Shown: positions 18,675-29,011, counted from the stretch's first letter. The stretch is 64,000 nt of DNA from Acidimicrobiia bacterium (GCA_022819505.1 JAJEHD010000017.1:1516-65515); one strand, 5' to 3'. The notes: generated by a model not told the origin, from the letters alone. A program made the numbers and translations.

Positions 18675-20459
18675 CTACCCGTCCAGCGTGAGCGCCGAGA
18701 TGAAGGCCTCCTGGGGAATGTCGACCCGACCGATGCTCTTCATCCGCTTCTTGCCCTGCTTCTGCTTCTCGAGGAGCTTGCGCTTGCGGGTGACGTCGCC
18801 GCCGTAGAGCTTGGCGGTGACGTCCTTGCGGTACGCCTTGACGGTCTCGCGGGCGATTATGCGACCGCCGATGGCGGCCTGGATGGGCACCTCGAACTGC
18901 TGGCGGGGAATCAGCTCCCGCAGCCGGCCCACCATGGCCCGCCCGTAGGAGTAGGCCTTGTCGCGGTGCACGACGGTGGAGAAGGCGTCCACGGCCACGC
19001 CCTGAAGCAGGACGTCCACCTTCACCAGGTCGGACTCGTCGTAGCCGTCGGGCTCGTAGTCGAGGCTGGCGTAGCCCTGGGTGCGGCTCTTGAGCTGATC
19101 GAAGAAGTCGATGACCACCTCGGCCAGCGGCAGCCGGTAGCGCAGCTCGACCCGCTCCGGGGACAGGTACTCCATGCGGTCGAGGTCGCCCCGACGGGAC
19201 TGGCACAGCTCCATGAGCGTGCCCGTGTAGTCGGTGGGCGTGATCAGCGCCACCATCAGGTACGGTTCGGCCACCGCCTCGATCTGGCCGGCCGGGGGCA
19301 TGTCGGACGGGTTGGACACCGGCACGACCTCGCCGCCGGTCATCGTCACCCGGTACTCCACCGACGGCGCGGTGGAGATCAGCGCCAGGTCGAACTCGCG
19401 CTCGAGCCGCTCCCGGACTATCTCCATGTGCAGCAGCCCCAGGAACCCGCAACGGAAGCCGAACCCGAGCGCGCCGGAGGTCTCGGGCTCGTAGGTGAAC
19501 CCGGCGTCGTTGAGGCGCAGCTTCGACAGGGCGGCCCGCAGGTTGGTGAAGTCGTCGCCCTCGGTGGGGTAAAGGCCCGAGAAGACCATCGGCTTGGGCT
19601 CGGAGTACCCCTCCAGCGGCGCCCCCGCGGGCCGGGACTCGCCGGTGACGGTCTCACCAGAGCGAGCCTCGCCCACGTCCTTGATGCCCGCGATCAGGTA
19701 TCCGGTCTCGCCGGGGCCGAGCCGCTCCACCACCTCGTTGTCGGGGGTGCGCACCCCCACCTCGTCGGCGGTGTGAACGGTGCCGGCCTGCATGAAGCGC
19801 ACCCGGGCGTCGGCGGCGAGCACCCCGTTGACGACCCGCACCGACGACACCACCCCCCGGTACTGGTCGAAGTGCGAATCGAAGATCAACGCCTGCAGGG
19901 GCGCTTCGGCGGTTCCTCGGGGCGGCGGTGTGCGCTCCACGACGGCGTCAAGCAGTTCGGCCACGCCGTCGCCGGTCTTGGCCGAGATGTGCAGCACGTC
20001 GGCCGCGTCAATCCCGAGGACCCGCTCGATCTCCTCCGCGCAGCGCTCCGGCTCGGCCGCGGGCAGGTCGATCTTGTTGACCACGGCCACCACGTCGAGG
20101 TCGTTCTCCATGGCCTGATAGCAGTTGGCCAGGGTCTGGGCCTCGATGCCCTGGGCGGCGTCCACCACCAGGATCACCGACTCGCAGGCAGCCAGCGAGC
20201 GGCTGACCTCGTAGCTGAAGTCGACGTGGCCCGGCGTGTCGATCAGGTTGACGATGTGGTCGCGCCAGTTGAGCCTCACCGACTGGAGCTTGATGGTGAT
20301 GCCCCGCTCGCGCTCGAGGTCCATCGAGTCGAGGTACTGCTCGCGCATCTCCCTGGCGTCCACCGCGCCGGTCAGCTCCAGCATGCGGTCGGCCAGGGTG
20401 GACTTGCCGTGGTCGATGTGGGCGATGATCGACGTGTTGCGGATGCGGTTCAGGTCCAT
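18675..20459 (-). CDS. lepA: Translation elongation factor 4 (LepA)
   Basis: Start set at [27 protein letters not shown] (ATG 20459). DTPGHVDF is present. The longer ORF to 20624 is an unlikely extension. Confidence 0.9.
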   Translation of the reverse strand: MDLNRIRNTSIIAHIDHGKSTLADRMLELTGAVDAREMREQYLDSMDLERERGITIKLQSVRLNWRDHIVNLIDTPGHVDFSYEVSRSLAACESVILVVDAAQGIEAQTLANCYQAMENDLDVVAVVNKIDLPAAEPERCAEEIERVLGIDAADVLHISAKTGDGVAELLDAVVERTPPPRGTAEAPLQALIFDSHFDQYRGVVSSVRVVNGVLAADARVRFMQAGTVHTADEVGVRTPDNEVVERLGPGETGYLIAGIKDVGEARSGETVTGESRPAGAPLEGYSEPKPMVFSGLYPTEGDDFTNLRAALSKLRLNDAGFTYEPETSGALGFGFRCGFLGLLHMEIVRERLEREFDLALISTAPSVEYRVTMTGGEVVPVSNPSDMPPAGQIEAVAEPYLMVALITPTDYTGTLMELCQSRRGDLDRMEYLSPERVELRYRLPLAEVVIDFFDQLKSRTQGYASLDYEPDGYDESDLVKVDVLLQGVAVDAFSTVVHRDKAYSYGRAMVGRLRELIPRQQFEVPIQAAIGGRIIARETVKAYRKDVTAKLYGGDVTRKRKLLEKQKQGKKRMKSIGRVDIPQEAFISALTLDG

Positions 20460-20651
20460 GGGGCTCTCGATCGGGCTGCGCCGGCGCCTTCCGGGGCGTG
20501 TCCACAGGGCTCCGTTCGGCTCGGATCCGGCGCCAGAGGTGCGCTCCAAGGCTACCGACGCCTCCCGAAGGGCCACGCGGTGCGACCACCCGGCCGCGGC
20601 GGTAGCCTCGTCGGTCGGCCTCAAGGGCCTCTAGATGACCGGCAGGTGAGC

Positions 20652-20918
20652 GTGGCCAACATCAAGTCCCAGATCAAGCGCAACCGGCAGAACGAGAAGC
20701 GCCGCCTGCGCAACCGCAGCGTCCGTTCGGAGATGAACACCCGGACCAAGGCCGCGCTGGACGCCGCCGAGCACAACGACGAGGAGACCGCCGCCGAGGC
20801 GCTGCGGCTCGCGGCCAAGCGCATCGACAAGGCTGCGGTCAAGGGCGTCATCCACAAGAACACGGCCGCCCGGCGCAAGAGCCGCCTGGCCCGCGAGATC
20901 CAGCGCCTGGCCGACTGA
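20652..20918 (+). CDS. rpsT: 30S ribosomal protein S20
   Basis: GTG start. VANIKSQIKRNRQNEKRRLRNRS..., 88 aa. It sits in the tail of a long artefactual ORF (18639-20918). Confidence 0.9.
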   Translation: MANIKSQIKRNRQNEKRRLRNRSVRSEMNTRTKAALDAAEHNDEETAAEALRLAAKRIDKAAVKGVIHKNTAARRKSRLAREIQRLAD

Positions 20919-20924
20919 GCCGGC

Positions 20925-21941
20925 TCAGCGGGACGACAACTGGGCCAGGCGGGCCACCAGCACCTCCAGCACCAGCTCGTCGGGCCAGTCGACCGTTCCC
21001 CTCAGCGCGAGGTCGGCGTCGGCGAGGAGCCGGATGGCCCGGGCGATCTTCTCCGAGCCCAGCCTGCGGGTCTGACCGAGGATCTTGCGGGCCGGGTAGG
21101 TCGATCCCTTCATGCCCAGCATCGCTGCGGCCTGGTGCTCATCGGCCGCCCCGGCGCCGTCGAGGCGCAGCATGCGCTGGTACCGGCCGTGCAGCGCCGC
21201 CAGCACTTGGAGCGCATGGCGCGACGGCAGCAGGCGGTGCAGGACCTTGAGGGCGGCCGCGATGTCGCCCCGGTCGATGGCGTCGTCGAGCTCCCACGGC
21301 ACCACCGATCCGGCTTCGCCGCCGTAGACGGCCACATCGTCGGCGGTGACGGTGCTGCCCGCGCCCAGTGCCCCCTCCAGGGTCCTCAGCAGCCCGACGA
21401 CGTTCCCCCGGTCTGCGCCGACCAGGTCCTCCACCGCCGCCACCGCGGCCGGCTCGAACCTGAGGCTGGACTGGTTCAGCTGGTCGCGCAGCCACTTGCC
21501 GGCGTCGGACTTGCGGGTGGGCGGGTTGACGTCCAGCTTGGCGCCCCCGGCGGCCTTCACCGCGGCCGCGAGCTCCTTGGGGACGGCGGGCAGGCGGCCG
21601 CCCATGGTCGGGTCCACTCCCCTCTCCCACACCAGGACCAGGTCGGTGGTGGCCGGGAGGCTCTCCAGCAGGCGCACCAGTTCGTCGCACTGACCCTTAC
21701 GCGAGAACCGGGCCAGGTGGCGGCCCACCACCACCCGCCGCAGGGTCAGGAACGGCTCGGTCTGGGCCGCGTCCACCAGCGGGGCCAGGCTCCATCCCCC
21801 GTCGGGGTCCCGGAGGCTCGTCTCGTCGAGCTGCTCCAAGGCCAGGCTGCGGTCCTCGTCGCCAAGCGTCTCCTTGACGATCCTGGCCACCGCCTCAGCC
21901 AGCAGCACAGGGTCGTCTCCGGTGACGAGCTGGACGCTCAT
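20925..21941 (-). CDS. holA: DNA polymerase III delta subunit (HolA)
   Basis: 338 aa. The call rests on size, N-terminal pattern and the conserved rpsT/holA/comEC/comEA neighbourhood. Confidence 0.65.
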   Translation of the reverse strand: MSVQLVTGDDPVLLAEAVARIVKETLGDEDRSLALEQLDETSLRDPDGGWSLAPLVDAAQTEPFLTLRRVVVGRHLARFSRKGQCDELVRLLESLPATTDLVLVWERGVDPTMGGRLPAVPKELAAAVKAAGGAKLDVNPPTRKSDAGKWLRDQLNQSSLRFEPAAVAAVEDLVGADRGNVVGLLRTLEGALGAGSTVTADDVAVYGGEAGSVVPWELDDAIDRGDIAAALKVLHRLLPSRHALQVLAALHGRYQRMLRLDGAGAADEHQAAAMLGMKGSTYPARKILGQTRRLGSEKIARAIRLLADADLALRGTVDWPDELVLEVLVARLAQLSSR

Positions 21942-21959
21942 CCCGGTGCCCTCACCGGG
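21942..21959 (-). promoter_or_regulatory. GC-rich hairpin abutting the holA start codon
   Basis: On the minus strand, CCCGGTG-AGGG-CACCGGG lies immediately before the ATG. The SD-like AGGG is in the loop. Confidence 0.35.
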
Positions 21960-22050
21960 CGGTGTTCCGACAGATCGGGGACCAACGATGACATGGCGCC
22001 GCGGATACTACGGCCGCCCTGCGACCAGTGTGGCCGCGGCCCCATCACCT

Positions 22051-22102
22051 CGAAATCTGTGTCGGTTCTGCACCATAGTGACGCCTTTCTCTACAGATTT
22101 CG
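22051..22102 (-). other. Perfect 10-bp inverted repeat spanning the comEC stop codon
   Basis: CGAAATCTGT (22051-22060) and ACAGATTTCG (22093-22102) are separated by a 32-nt AT-richer loop. No U-tract follows. Confidence 0.35.
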
Positions 22103-23929
22103 CGCGGCGACCGCGACAACCAGAGCGGGACCGTCGTCGACGATCTCGACGGACACCCCGCCGACGTGCACGACCGAACCGGCACGCACCGTACGGGCGT
22201 GCGGGACCCGGTGCATCGGGGGCGCCACCACCGTCGCGCCCCGGTAACGGTCCTTCAGGGCCAGCACGGCATGGGCGTCTGACGCGCCCCCGCTGGAGGC
22301 CACCACCAGGTCGACCCGGCGCAAACCGGCCATCCGCAAGGACTCCAGCAGCGTATGCGGCCGTACCGAGCCGTCGAGCACGACCACCGTGGTCGACTGG
22401 TGGTGGAACACCCGCGCCCCCGCCAACTCGGACCAGCCCGACGGGGGCGACGCCGCCGTCAGGGCGCTGGCTGCGAAGGCGACCGCCACCAGCGCCGCGC
22501 CCACCGGCGCCAGCCCCCGGGTCCGCTCCAGCCTTCGAGAAGCCAACAACAGCACGACGCCCACCCCAACCGCGACGGCACCGCCCGCGCCCAACACGGC
22601 CGGCGGAGCAGCCGCGGCGGCCTTCGCCACCGCCCCGATCCACCACAGCAGCGCGGCGGTGGGCCGGTGGATCAGCCACGCCGGCCACCCGCCGGCCAGA
22701 CCCGCGCCCAGTCCCCCGGTGAGACCCCACATCATCACCGGAGCCGTCGCCGGACCGGCGGCCACATTGGCGGGCAGCGACGCCAGCGGGACGGTGCCGA
22801 AGACGGCCACCAGCAGCGGCATCACCGCCAGCTGGGCGCCGGCGGTGGTGGCGGCCGCCAGCCGCAGGGGGCGGGGTCCCGGAAGCATCTCGGCCAGCAC
22901 CGGCGTGATCCACAGCAGCCCGCAGGTGGCGCACACCGAGAGCTGGAAGGCCAGCACCCGCACCAGGAACGGATCGGCCAGCAGCACGCCGGCCACGGCC
23001 CAGGCCAGCGTCCGGCGCCCGGTCTCGGGCCGGCCGAGGGCGGCGCTGGTGACGGCGGTGCCGGCCATGGCCACGGCCCGCAGCACCGACGGCTCGAAGC
23101 GGGTCAGCAGCGCGAACACACCCAGCAGGGCCAGCAGCACCACCAGGCGGACCCCGGGACGGGCCCGGGTGACCAGAGGCGAGGCCAGAGCGAGCACGAA
23201 GGCGACGTTCTGGCCCGACACCACCAGCAGATGGCCGAGGCCCGCGGCCCGGAAGTCGTCGTACAGCCGGGGCGACTGGCTGCGGTCGTCGCCATAGACC
23301 ATCCCAGCGAACATGGCCCGGCTGTCGTGGGGCAGGCTTGCCGCCCCGGACTCCAGCAGCCGCCTGATGCGGTTGGCGAAAGCGGCCACCGGCGCAGCTC
23401 CCGCCCGTTCGCCGACCGTGTTCACGGTGAGGGTGGCCGCGACATGGCGCCACCGGTGCCAGTCGCTGGTAGCGGGCCGGGCCGACCCCGAGACTTGGAC
23501 CCGCTCGCCGGCCAGGGCGTCGTCGAGGCGCCCGGCGACCGCGCCGTAGGCGCGGGCCTCCAACCGGGTGTCGCCGTGGCGGACGGTGACCCTGACGCCG
23601 CCGGTGCCCAGCGGTCTGGGATCGTCGAGAAGGGTCACCCAGCCGTCGATGCGGCCCTGCGGCGGATCGGCCAACCCGTCAAGGGCCCGGGACCCGAAGA
23701 ACCCCGCGAAGGCTGCGAACACCACGAAGACGAGAAGCGGGCTCGGCCTCCAGGCACAAGCCGCGGCCAGCGCCAACGCCAGTGCGAGCGGGACGCCGAC
23801 CAGCAGCCACGATCCGAGCACCGCGCCGGCCGCGGCCGCGTACGGCATCGCCTCTGCGCTCTTGAACCAGCCGAGCCCGGCAGGCGCCACTCGCAACCCG
23901 GAAATCGACAGGTGCCGGTGACCCGTCAC
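22091..23929 (-). CDS. comEC: ComEC/Rec2-family DNA internalisation protein
   Basis: Polytopic membrane core. Start set at the GTG (VTGHRHLSISG) overlapping the comEA stop (GTGA). The ORF extension to 24229 would overlap comEA. Confidence 0.8.
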   Translation of the reverse strand: MTGHRHLSISGLRVAPAGLGWFKSAEAMPYAAAAGAVLGSWLLVGVPLALALALAAACAWRPSPLLVFVVFAAFAGFFGSRALDGLADPPQGRIDGWVTLLDDPRPLGTGGVRVTVRHGDTRLEARAYGAVAGRLDDALAGERVQVSGSARPATSDWHRWRHVAATLTVNTVGERAGAAPVAAFANRIRRLLESGAASLPHDSRAMFAGMVYGDDRSQSPRLYDDFRAAGLGHLLVVSGQNVAFVLALASPLVTRARPGVRLVVLLALLGVFALLTRFEPSVLRAVAMAGTAVTSAALGRPETGRRTLAWAVAGVLLADPFLVRVLAFQLSVCATCGLLWITPVLAEMLPGPRPLRLAAATTAGAQLAVMPLLVAVFGTVPLASLPANVAAGPATAPVMMWGLTGGLGAGLAGGWPAWLIHRPTAALLWWIGAVAKAAAAAPPAVLGAGGAVAVGVGVVLLLASRRLERTRGLAPVGAALVAVAFAASALTAASPPSGWSELAGARVFHHQSTTVVVLDGSVRPHTLLESLRMAGLRRVDLVVASSGGASDAHAVLALKDRYRGATVVAPPMHRVPHARTVRAGSVVHVGGVSVEIVDDGPALVVAVAARNL

Positions 23930-24654
23930 GGGCCGGCTGCGGTGGCCCGCGGGCGGATCTGCTCCAGCTTGACCGGGCCGATGCCGGAGACGTCGATCAG
24001 GTCGTCGACGGCGGCGAAGGGGCCGTGGCGTTGCCGGTGCTCGACAATGGCCGCAGCCAGCGACGGGCCGATACCGGGCAGAGACTCCAGCGAGGCCGCG
24101 CCGGCGGTGTTGATGTCGACCGTCCCCGATCCGGGCTCGCGGCCACCCTCGGCCACGCCGGCCCCGCCCGAGCCGCCGATGACGGGAACGAGATCCGGTC
24201 CCGTCAACTCGCCGATCGCCGGCACCCACACACGCGATCCATCGGCCACGGGCTGGGCCAGGTTGAGACGGATGCGATCGGCGCCGGCCGTGAAGCCACC
24301 GGCGGCGTCGATGGCGTCGGAGACCCGGCTGCCGGCGGGAAGCTCATGCACCCCGGGACGGACCACCGCCCCGACCACATCCACCACGATCCGGGCCGGT
24401 TCCGGCGCCGGCGTCGGGGGCGGGGCCGGAGTGGGGATCGGGACCGAGCCGGCCATAGGAAGGATCTCTGCGGGGTCCGGGCCGGCGGGAGGGCGCAGCG
24501 CCCACCAGCCCCCGACTGCGGCTGCCACCACCCCGAGCACGCCGAGGACCACTGCCGCGGCCGACACCCCGAGGCGGTCGGCCAGAGCCCCCGGTGACAG
24601 CGATGACAGGATCGGGGCTCTGCGCCCCTCATGGCGATCCGCCGGCGTGTGCAC
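23926..24654 (-). CDS. comEA: ComEA-family DNA-binding protein (helix-hairpin-helix)
   Basis: N-terminal TM helix. C-terminal INTAGAASLESLPGIGPSLAAAIVEHRQRHGPF...DLIDVSGIGPVKLE. Confidence 0.85.
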   Translation of the reverse strand: MHTPADRHEGRRAPILSSLSPGALADRLGVSAAAVVLGVLGVVAAAVGGWWALRPPAGPDPAEILPMAGSVPIPTPAPPPTPAPEPARIVVDVVGAVVRPGVHELPAGSRVSDAIDAAGGFTAGADRIRLNLAQPVADGSRVWVPAIGELTGPDLVPVIGGSGGAGVAEGGREPGSGTVDINTAGAASLESLPGIGPSLAAAIVEHRQRHGPFAAVDDLIDVSGIGPVKLEQIRPRATAAGP

Positions 24655-24743
24655 CCCATGTCTCCCGCGCCGCTTGCAATGAGACCGACACGGGAGGCGG
24701 CCGGCTAGCCGCCCGTGAGGCTAGCGGTGCACAGGCAAGATGT

Positions 24744-25463
24744 TCAGAACAGGGCGGCGGAGAGGCGCTTGCGCCAGGCGGAGGTGCGAGGGTCGTCGGG
24801 GCCGAGCACCTCCAGCAGGTCAACGAAGCGCTGGCGGGCCTCCTCGTCCGACTTCACCGTAGCCAGCAGCCCGGCCAGTTCGGCCTCGATGTCCTGGGCA
24901 CCGTCCCCAGAAGCGACATCGGAGTCCAGTACCCGGGCCAGGGCCATCAGGCGCCGTGTCTCGGGCGTGTCGGGGACCCGCTCCAGCAGGGTTACCGCCT
25001 CCACGCTGCGACCGTCGTCGATCAGCAGCGACGCCAGCGCGGCCACCGCGTCGGGGTTGTCCGACTCGATCTCGAGCGCGGCCCGCAGCGACGCCTCGTC
25101 GCCCGCCGCGATCAGCCTCTCCACCTCGGTCATCTCCGGCGTCGGCACGAACCGCTGCACGAACTCGCGCACGGTGGCCTCGCCCTGGGCGCCCAGGAAG
25201 CCGTCGGCGACCTGGCCGTCGACCATGGCGTAGACCGCGGGGATCGACTGCACCCGGAAGGCTTGGGCGACGCCGGGGTTCGCCTCGATGTCGACCTTGG
25301 CCAGCTCGATGGCGCCGTTGGTCTCGGCGATGACCTTCTCCAGGATGGGAGTGAGCTGCCGGCAGGGCTCGCACCACGAAGCCCACAGGTCCACGATCAC
25401 GGGGACGGTCCGAGACCGGTCCACCACCTGGGCCTGGAATGTCGCGTCGGTAACGTCGGCCAT
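24744..25463 (-). CDS. Thioredoxin-domain plus TPR-like co-chaperone (YbbN/CnoX-like)
   Basis: Start at MADVTDATF (ATG 25463). WASWCEPC thioredoxin motif, then a helical-repeat C-terminus. Confidence 0.75.
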   Translation of the reverse strand: MADVTDATFQAQVVDRSRTVPVIVDLWASWCEPCRQLTPILEKVIAETNGAIELAKVDIEANPGVAQAFRVQSIPAVYAMVDGQVADGFLGAQGEATVREFVQRFVPTPEMTEVERLIAAGDEASLRAALEIESDNPDAVAALASLLIDDGRSVEAVTLLERVPDTPETRRLMALARVLDSDVASGDGAQDIEAELAGLLATVKSDEEARQRFVDLLEVLGPDDPRTSAWRKRLSAALF

Positions 25464-25582
25464 CGGCACCGCAACGTAGCGGCGCCGGGCCTCGATCACC
25501 CCACCCGCCGCCCGAACGCCGGCAGGGCCGGGCATCATGTAGCACCCGCACGGCGCAGTCGGCATAGTCCAAGGAGAACCGC

Positions 25583-26611
25583 ATGAAGATCGACGCCTGG
25601 ATCGGACTGCCCGAGGCGTCCAGCAGCAGCGAGCTGGAGAGCATCGGCGACCGGGCCCGGCGAATGGAACAGGACGGCTACAGCGGGCTGCTGTCGGCCG
25701 AGACCAGCCACGACCCGTTCCTGCCCCTGGCGCTGGCCGCCCAGAAGACCGAGCGCATCGAGTTGATGACCGCAATCGCGGTGGGCTTCGCCCGCAACCC
25801 GATGGTGCTGGCCCACGTCGCCTGGGACCTGCAGGCCCTGTCAAGGGGCAGGTTCCTGCTGGGACTGGGCAGCCAGATCCAGGCCCACATCACCAAGCGC
25901 TTCTCGATGCCCTGGTCTCGGCCCGCGGCCCGCATGGAGGAGATGATCCACGCCATCCGGGCCATCTGGGACGCCTGGCAGACCGGGGAGCGCCTCAACT
26001 TCCGGGGCGACTTCTACCGCCACACCCTGATGACGCCCATGTTCAGCCCGGGACCCATCGACGTGCCGCCCCCGCAGATCCTGATCTCGGCGGTGGGGCC
26101 GCTGATGACCAGGGTGGCGGGCCGGGCCGCCGACGGGCTCGTCTGCCATGCCTTCCAGACCGCCGAATACCTGCGGGCGGTGACCCTGCCGAACGTGGAC
26201 GCCGGCCTGGCCGAGGCCGGACGGGACCGTTCCGAGTTCCAGATCTCGATGCCGGTGTTCGTGGTGTCGGGGTTCCGCGAGGACGAGGTCGCGACCAAGG
26301 CCGCCCGGACCCGCGAGCAGATCGCCTTCTACGGCTCGACACCGGCCTACCGGGCCGTACTGGAGCACCACGGCTGGGGGGACGCCCAGACCGAGCTCAA
26401 CCGGCTGTCGAAGCGTGGCATGTGGAAGGAGATGGGCGACGTGATCGACGACGAGATGCTGGACGCCTTCGCCATCGTGGCCGAGCCCCACGACGTGCCG
26501 GCCCGCATCGCCGAGCGCTTCGGCGGCTCGCTCGACCGGCTCCAGTTCTACGCCGGGGTCAGCGACGCCGACCGCTGGGAGCCGATCCTCGAGGAGATCA
26601 AGGCGGCCTGA
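25583..26611 (+). CDS. Luciferase-like (LLM-class) F420-dependent oxidoreductase
   Basis: 342 aa with LLM-family blocks (GRFLLGLGSQIQAHITKRFSMPW, FYGSTPAYRAVLE). Confidence 0.7.
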   Translation: MKIDAWIGLPEASSSSELESIGDRARRMEQDGYSGLLSAETSHDPFLPLALAAQKTERIELMTAIAVGFARNPMVLAHVAWDLQALSRGRFLLGLGSQIQAHITKRFSMPWSRPAARMEEMIHAIRAIWDAWQTGERLNFRGDFYRHTLMTPMFSPGPIDVPPPQILISAVGPLMTRVAGRAADGLVCHAFQTAEYLRAVTLPNVDAGLAEAGRDRSEFQISMPVFVVSGFREDEVATKAARTREQIAFYGSTPAYRAVLEHHGWGDAQTELNRLSKRGMWKEMGDVIDDEMLDAFAIVAEPHDVPARIAERFGGSLDRLQFYAGVSDADRWEPILEEIKAA

Positions 26612-26664
26612 GGTCCCACCGGTGCCGTTGGCCGGTACCCAGCCGGTAGCCTGTCGGGACCCTC

Positions 26665-26737
26665 GGGGCTATAGCTCAGTTGGTAGAGCGCTTCCATGGC
26701 ATGGAAGAGGTCAGGGGTTCAATTCCCCTTAGCTCCA
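26665..26737 (+). tRNA. tRNA-Ala (anticodon GGC)
   Basis: Hand-folded 73-nt cloverleaf: acceptor GGGGCTA/TAGCTCC with the G3:U70 pair, anticodon stem CTTCC/GGAAG with loop ATGGCAT, T arm AGGGG-TTCAATT-CCCCT. CCA is not encoded. Confidence 0.9.
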
Positions 26738-26905
26738 CCCCTCAAATCACATAAGCAGAGGTCAGAGGCTATAAATGGCGTAGTCACCGGCTCTGTATGT
26801 TGCTTTTGTTGTCACTATCGGGCCGCGAAGAGGCGGGCGGGAGCGCGTGCTGTCAGTCTCGGAACCAGGGCTGGGGCGGCTACGGCCCAGGCAGCGAGTG
26901 GTGGC

Positions 26906-27787
26906 TTACAGGAACAGGCCTGGGTCGCCGCGTCCGGCCTGAGGGTCCTGTCGGGTGCGTTGTTGTTGGATGATGTGTTGTTGGCGCAGCCGGTGCAGTT
27001 CGCCCGGTTCGAAGCAGTTGCTCCAGCGGTCGCGCTCTTCGGTGACGTAGCGGTCGACGCGCTCGAAGATCTCGTCGAAGTCGGCTTGTAGGGGGAGTTG
27101 GCCTTGTTGTTGGAGGTCGCGCCAGGCTCTGGCAATGCGGTCGCGGCGTCCGAGGTAGGTGCTGCGGATATCGGCGGGATGGTTGCGATGGCCGTACTCG
27201 CGGGCGGGGTCGTTGTAGCTGTCGGCGTACATGTCCCACGCCTTGGCGAAGTCCACTTCTGGTGATCGGGCGAGCTGGTCGAGGTCATAGATGTCGCGTG
27301 GCGCGCTTCTGCGGGACAGGCAGCGCAACTTGTCGGCGGTGACCGCGGTGGCGGTGTATCCCAGAATGGGCGCCGCGTCGGGACGTGTGCCCCAACGCGC
27401 GTTGATGGGCCACAGCTGGGTGGGAACCGATGAGGGCTCGGTCAGCAGGGTGGCTTCGGCGCGGATCGGTGCCGGTGTCGCCTCGGCGACGATGTTGACG
27501 TTCACCGCGCCGGCGGTTTGGGTTGTGAGTGGGGTACCGACGCTGGCTGCGGCTCGCGTCGCGGCGGCATCGACTAGCGCCCGGAACTGTTGGGGTGAAC
27601 CGGCCCAGTCGAAGTCGAGATCCTCGGACCAGCGGTAGTCCTCGAACACGCAGACCCGCAACAGGGTCCCACCCTTGAACACCAACCGGTCGTCGCCGGC
27701 CTCTGCGAGCGCCGCGACGACATGATGCAAGATCGCGTCGCGGCGGCTGTGGGCGTCGAAGCGCTGGATGCTCACAGCCGAGTTCAA
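26906..27787 (-). CDS. AbiEii/AbiGii nucleotidyltransferase toxin (type IV TA), copy 1
   Basis: FKGGTLLRVCVFEDYRWSEDLDFDW signature. Its start overlaps the stop of the upstream AbiEi-like gene. Confidence 0.8.
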   Translation of the reverse strand: MNSAVSIQRFDAHSRRDAILHHVVAALAEAGDDRLVFKGGTLLRVCVFEDYRWSEDLDFDWAGSPQQFRALVDAAATRAAASVGTPLTTQTAGAVNVNIVAEATPAPIRAEATLLTEPSSVPTQLWPINARWGTRPDAAPILGYTATAVTADKLRCLSRRSAPRDIYDLDQLARSPEVDFAKAWDMYADSYNDPAREYGHRNHPADIRSTYLGRRDRIARAWRDLQQQGQLPLQADFDEIFERVDRYVTEERDRWSNCFEPGELHRLRQQHIIQQQRTRQDPQAGRGDPGLFL

Positions 27788-28554
27788 TACAGCAGGTGCT
27801 CGGCAAGCTCAGCGGGTGTGGTGTGCCACCAGACCCGCCGACGGCGATCCAACATCACCGCGGTGTCCTGGGGCTCCCGGGGGTCAAGTCCCAGCCACCG
27901 CTCCCCTGACCCGGCCCGCTCACACAACGCTGCGTGGGCGCGGTCAACCGCCACCAACGGCCGCGCGTACGCCGGTATCGGACCTTCACTCGCCGCGACC
28001 GCGGCCAGAGCTTCCGCCACCGACGCGACCCGTCGCAGCCCCGCGCGCCAACCAAGCTGCGCCGCCACCGCGGCCAACTCCTCAGGATCAAACAACTGCG
28101 GCGACTTCGACAGCGCCTGCGCAATGATCTCATCGGCACCAACAACCCACCACGCGTGCTGAGCGCACTCCAACAACGCTCGCGCCGGCGTCGACATCCA
28201 CGTGTCGGCACCAACCTCCACAGCAGCCACCGACAGCGTCGCCGAACCCTCAGCCACATGACGCCACCCACCGCGGCGGGCCTGCCCATACCACGCTCCC
28301 GGCGCGCTAACCGTCACACCAGCCATCAACGCCATCCCCCCCAAAGACAACGCGCTGCGATGCGAGATACGCCTAGGCACACGCCCATACACCTCCCTCA
28401 GCCGCCGCTCAAGAGACTCAGACAGAACCGAACCGCCGACCCTGGCCAAAGCAGGCAACCCTGGAGCTCCCCCAAACCCCGAACCAGAACACACCATCAC
28501 ATCAGACACACCACACCCCCCTTCTGCCGCTACACGCCCCAACCCTACCCGCAA
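27784..28554 (-). CDS. AbiEi-like antitoxin, copy 1 (appears to lack the N-terminal wHTH)
   Basis: Shares TWMSTPARALLECAQH and QLGWRAGLRRVASVAEAL with copy 2 (31318-32169). TTG start. 256 aa. Confidence 0.6.
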   Translation of the reverse strand: MRVGLGRVAAEGGCGVSDVMVCSGSGFGGAPGLPALARVGGSVLSESLERRLREVYGRVPRRISHRSALSLGGMALMAGVTVSAPGAWYGQARRGGWRHVAEGSATLSVAAVEVGADTWMSTPARALLECAQHAWWVVGADEIIAQALSKSPQLFDPEELAAVAAQLGWRAGLRRVASVAEALAAVAASEGPIPAYARPLVAVDRAHAALCERAGSGERWLGLDPREPQDTAVMLDRRRRVWWHTTPAELAEHLLY

Positions 28555-28826
28555 GCCACAGATACCTCATCGCCTCGGCGCGCCACAAGCAGCCAATAGC
28601 CGTTGATCGCTCACACCAAGGCTGCCGACAGAAGCGACACGACATGCTGGCAGGCCTTCAGAACCTCACCACGAAACAAACCCACAACGGCCGCCTGTGG
28701 ACCAACCAAGTGGTCGTCATCTAAGTGCCGTTTGCAAACCGCGGTGGCAACGGGCCTATCATCAAAGCGGCCTGACGGCTCCGGTTAGTAGGCTCCGGCT
28801 GAACAAGACCGTACGCCCCAGGTGAC

Positions 28827-28859
28827 GGGACCCCGGACCGCACGGGGTCCCTTTCTTTT
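28827..28859 (+). terminator. Intrinsic terminator with no annotated upstream gene
   Basis: GGGACCCCG-GACCGCA-CGGGGTCCC followed by TTTCTTTT. Confidence 0.65.
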
Positions 28860-29005
28860 GTGCTGCCTACCGCTGTCTATGAGGTGGCGACGGTCCTGAC
28901 ATGTCTCTCGGTGTGGACGTCCGGACCTGTGCGCGCAGCAAACAAGAGCGGGAGCACCTGCCGCCTCGGCCGGCCAGGGGCCGACTGGACGCACGTCGGA
29001 CCTAC

Positions 29006-29011
29006 TAGGGT
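29006..29011 (+). promoter_or_regulatory. Candidate -10 element (TAGGGT) for a leaderless transcript starting at GTG 29019
   Basis: Fits TANNNT and lies 7 nt upstream of the GTG. No SD is present. Confidence 0.3.

Noticed and set aside
18665-20651. CIRCE operator (TTAGCACTC-N9-GAGTGCTAA) expected for an hrcA-dnaJ operon.
   Set aside because: I searched the 10-nt lepA-hrcA gap and the region upstream of lepA by eye and found no CIRCE-like inverted repeat. Regulation may occur elsewhere.
22091-25844. N-terminal extensions of comEC (to 24229) and the thioredoxin-TPR gene (to 25844).
   Set aside because: The extensions are Arg/Gly/Pro-rich and overlap neighbouring genes (comEA; the LLM gene region). 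Internal starts give coupled or canonical N-termini.
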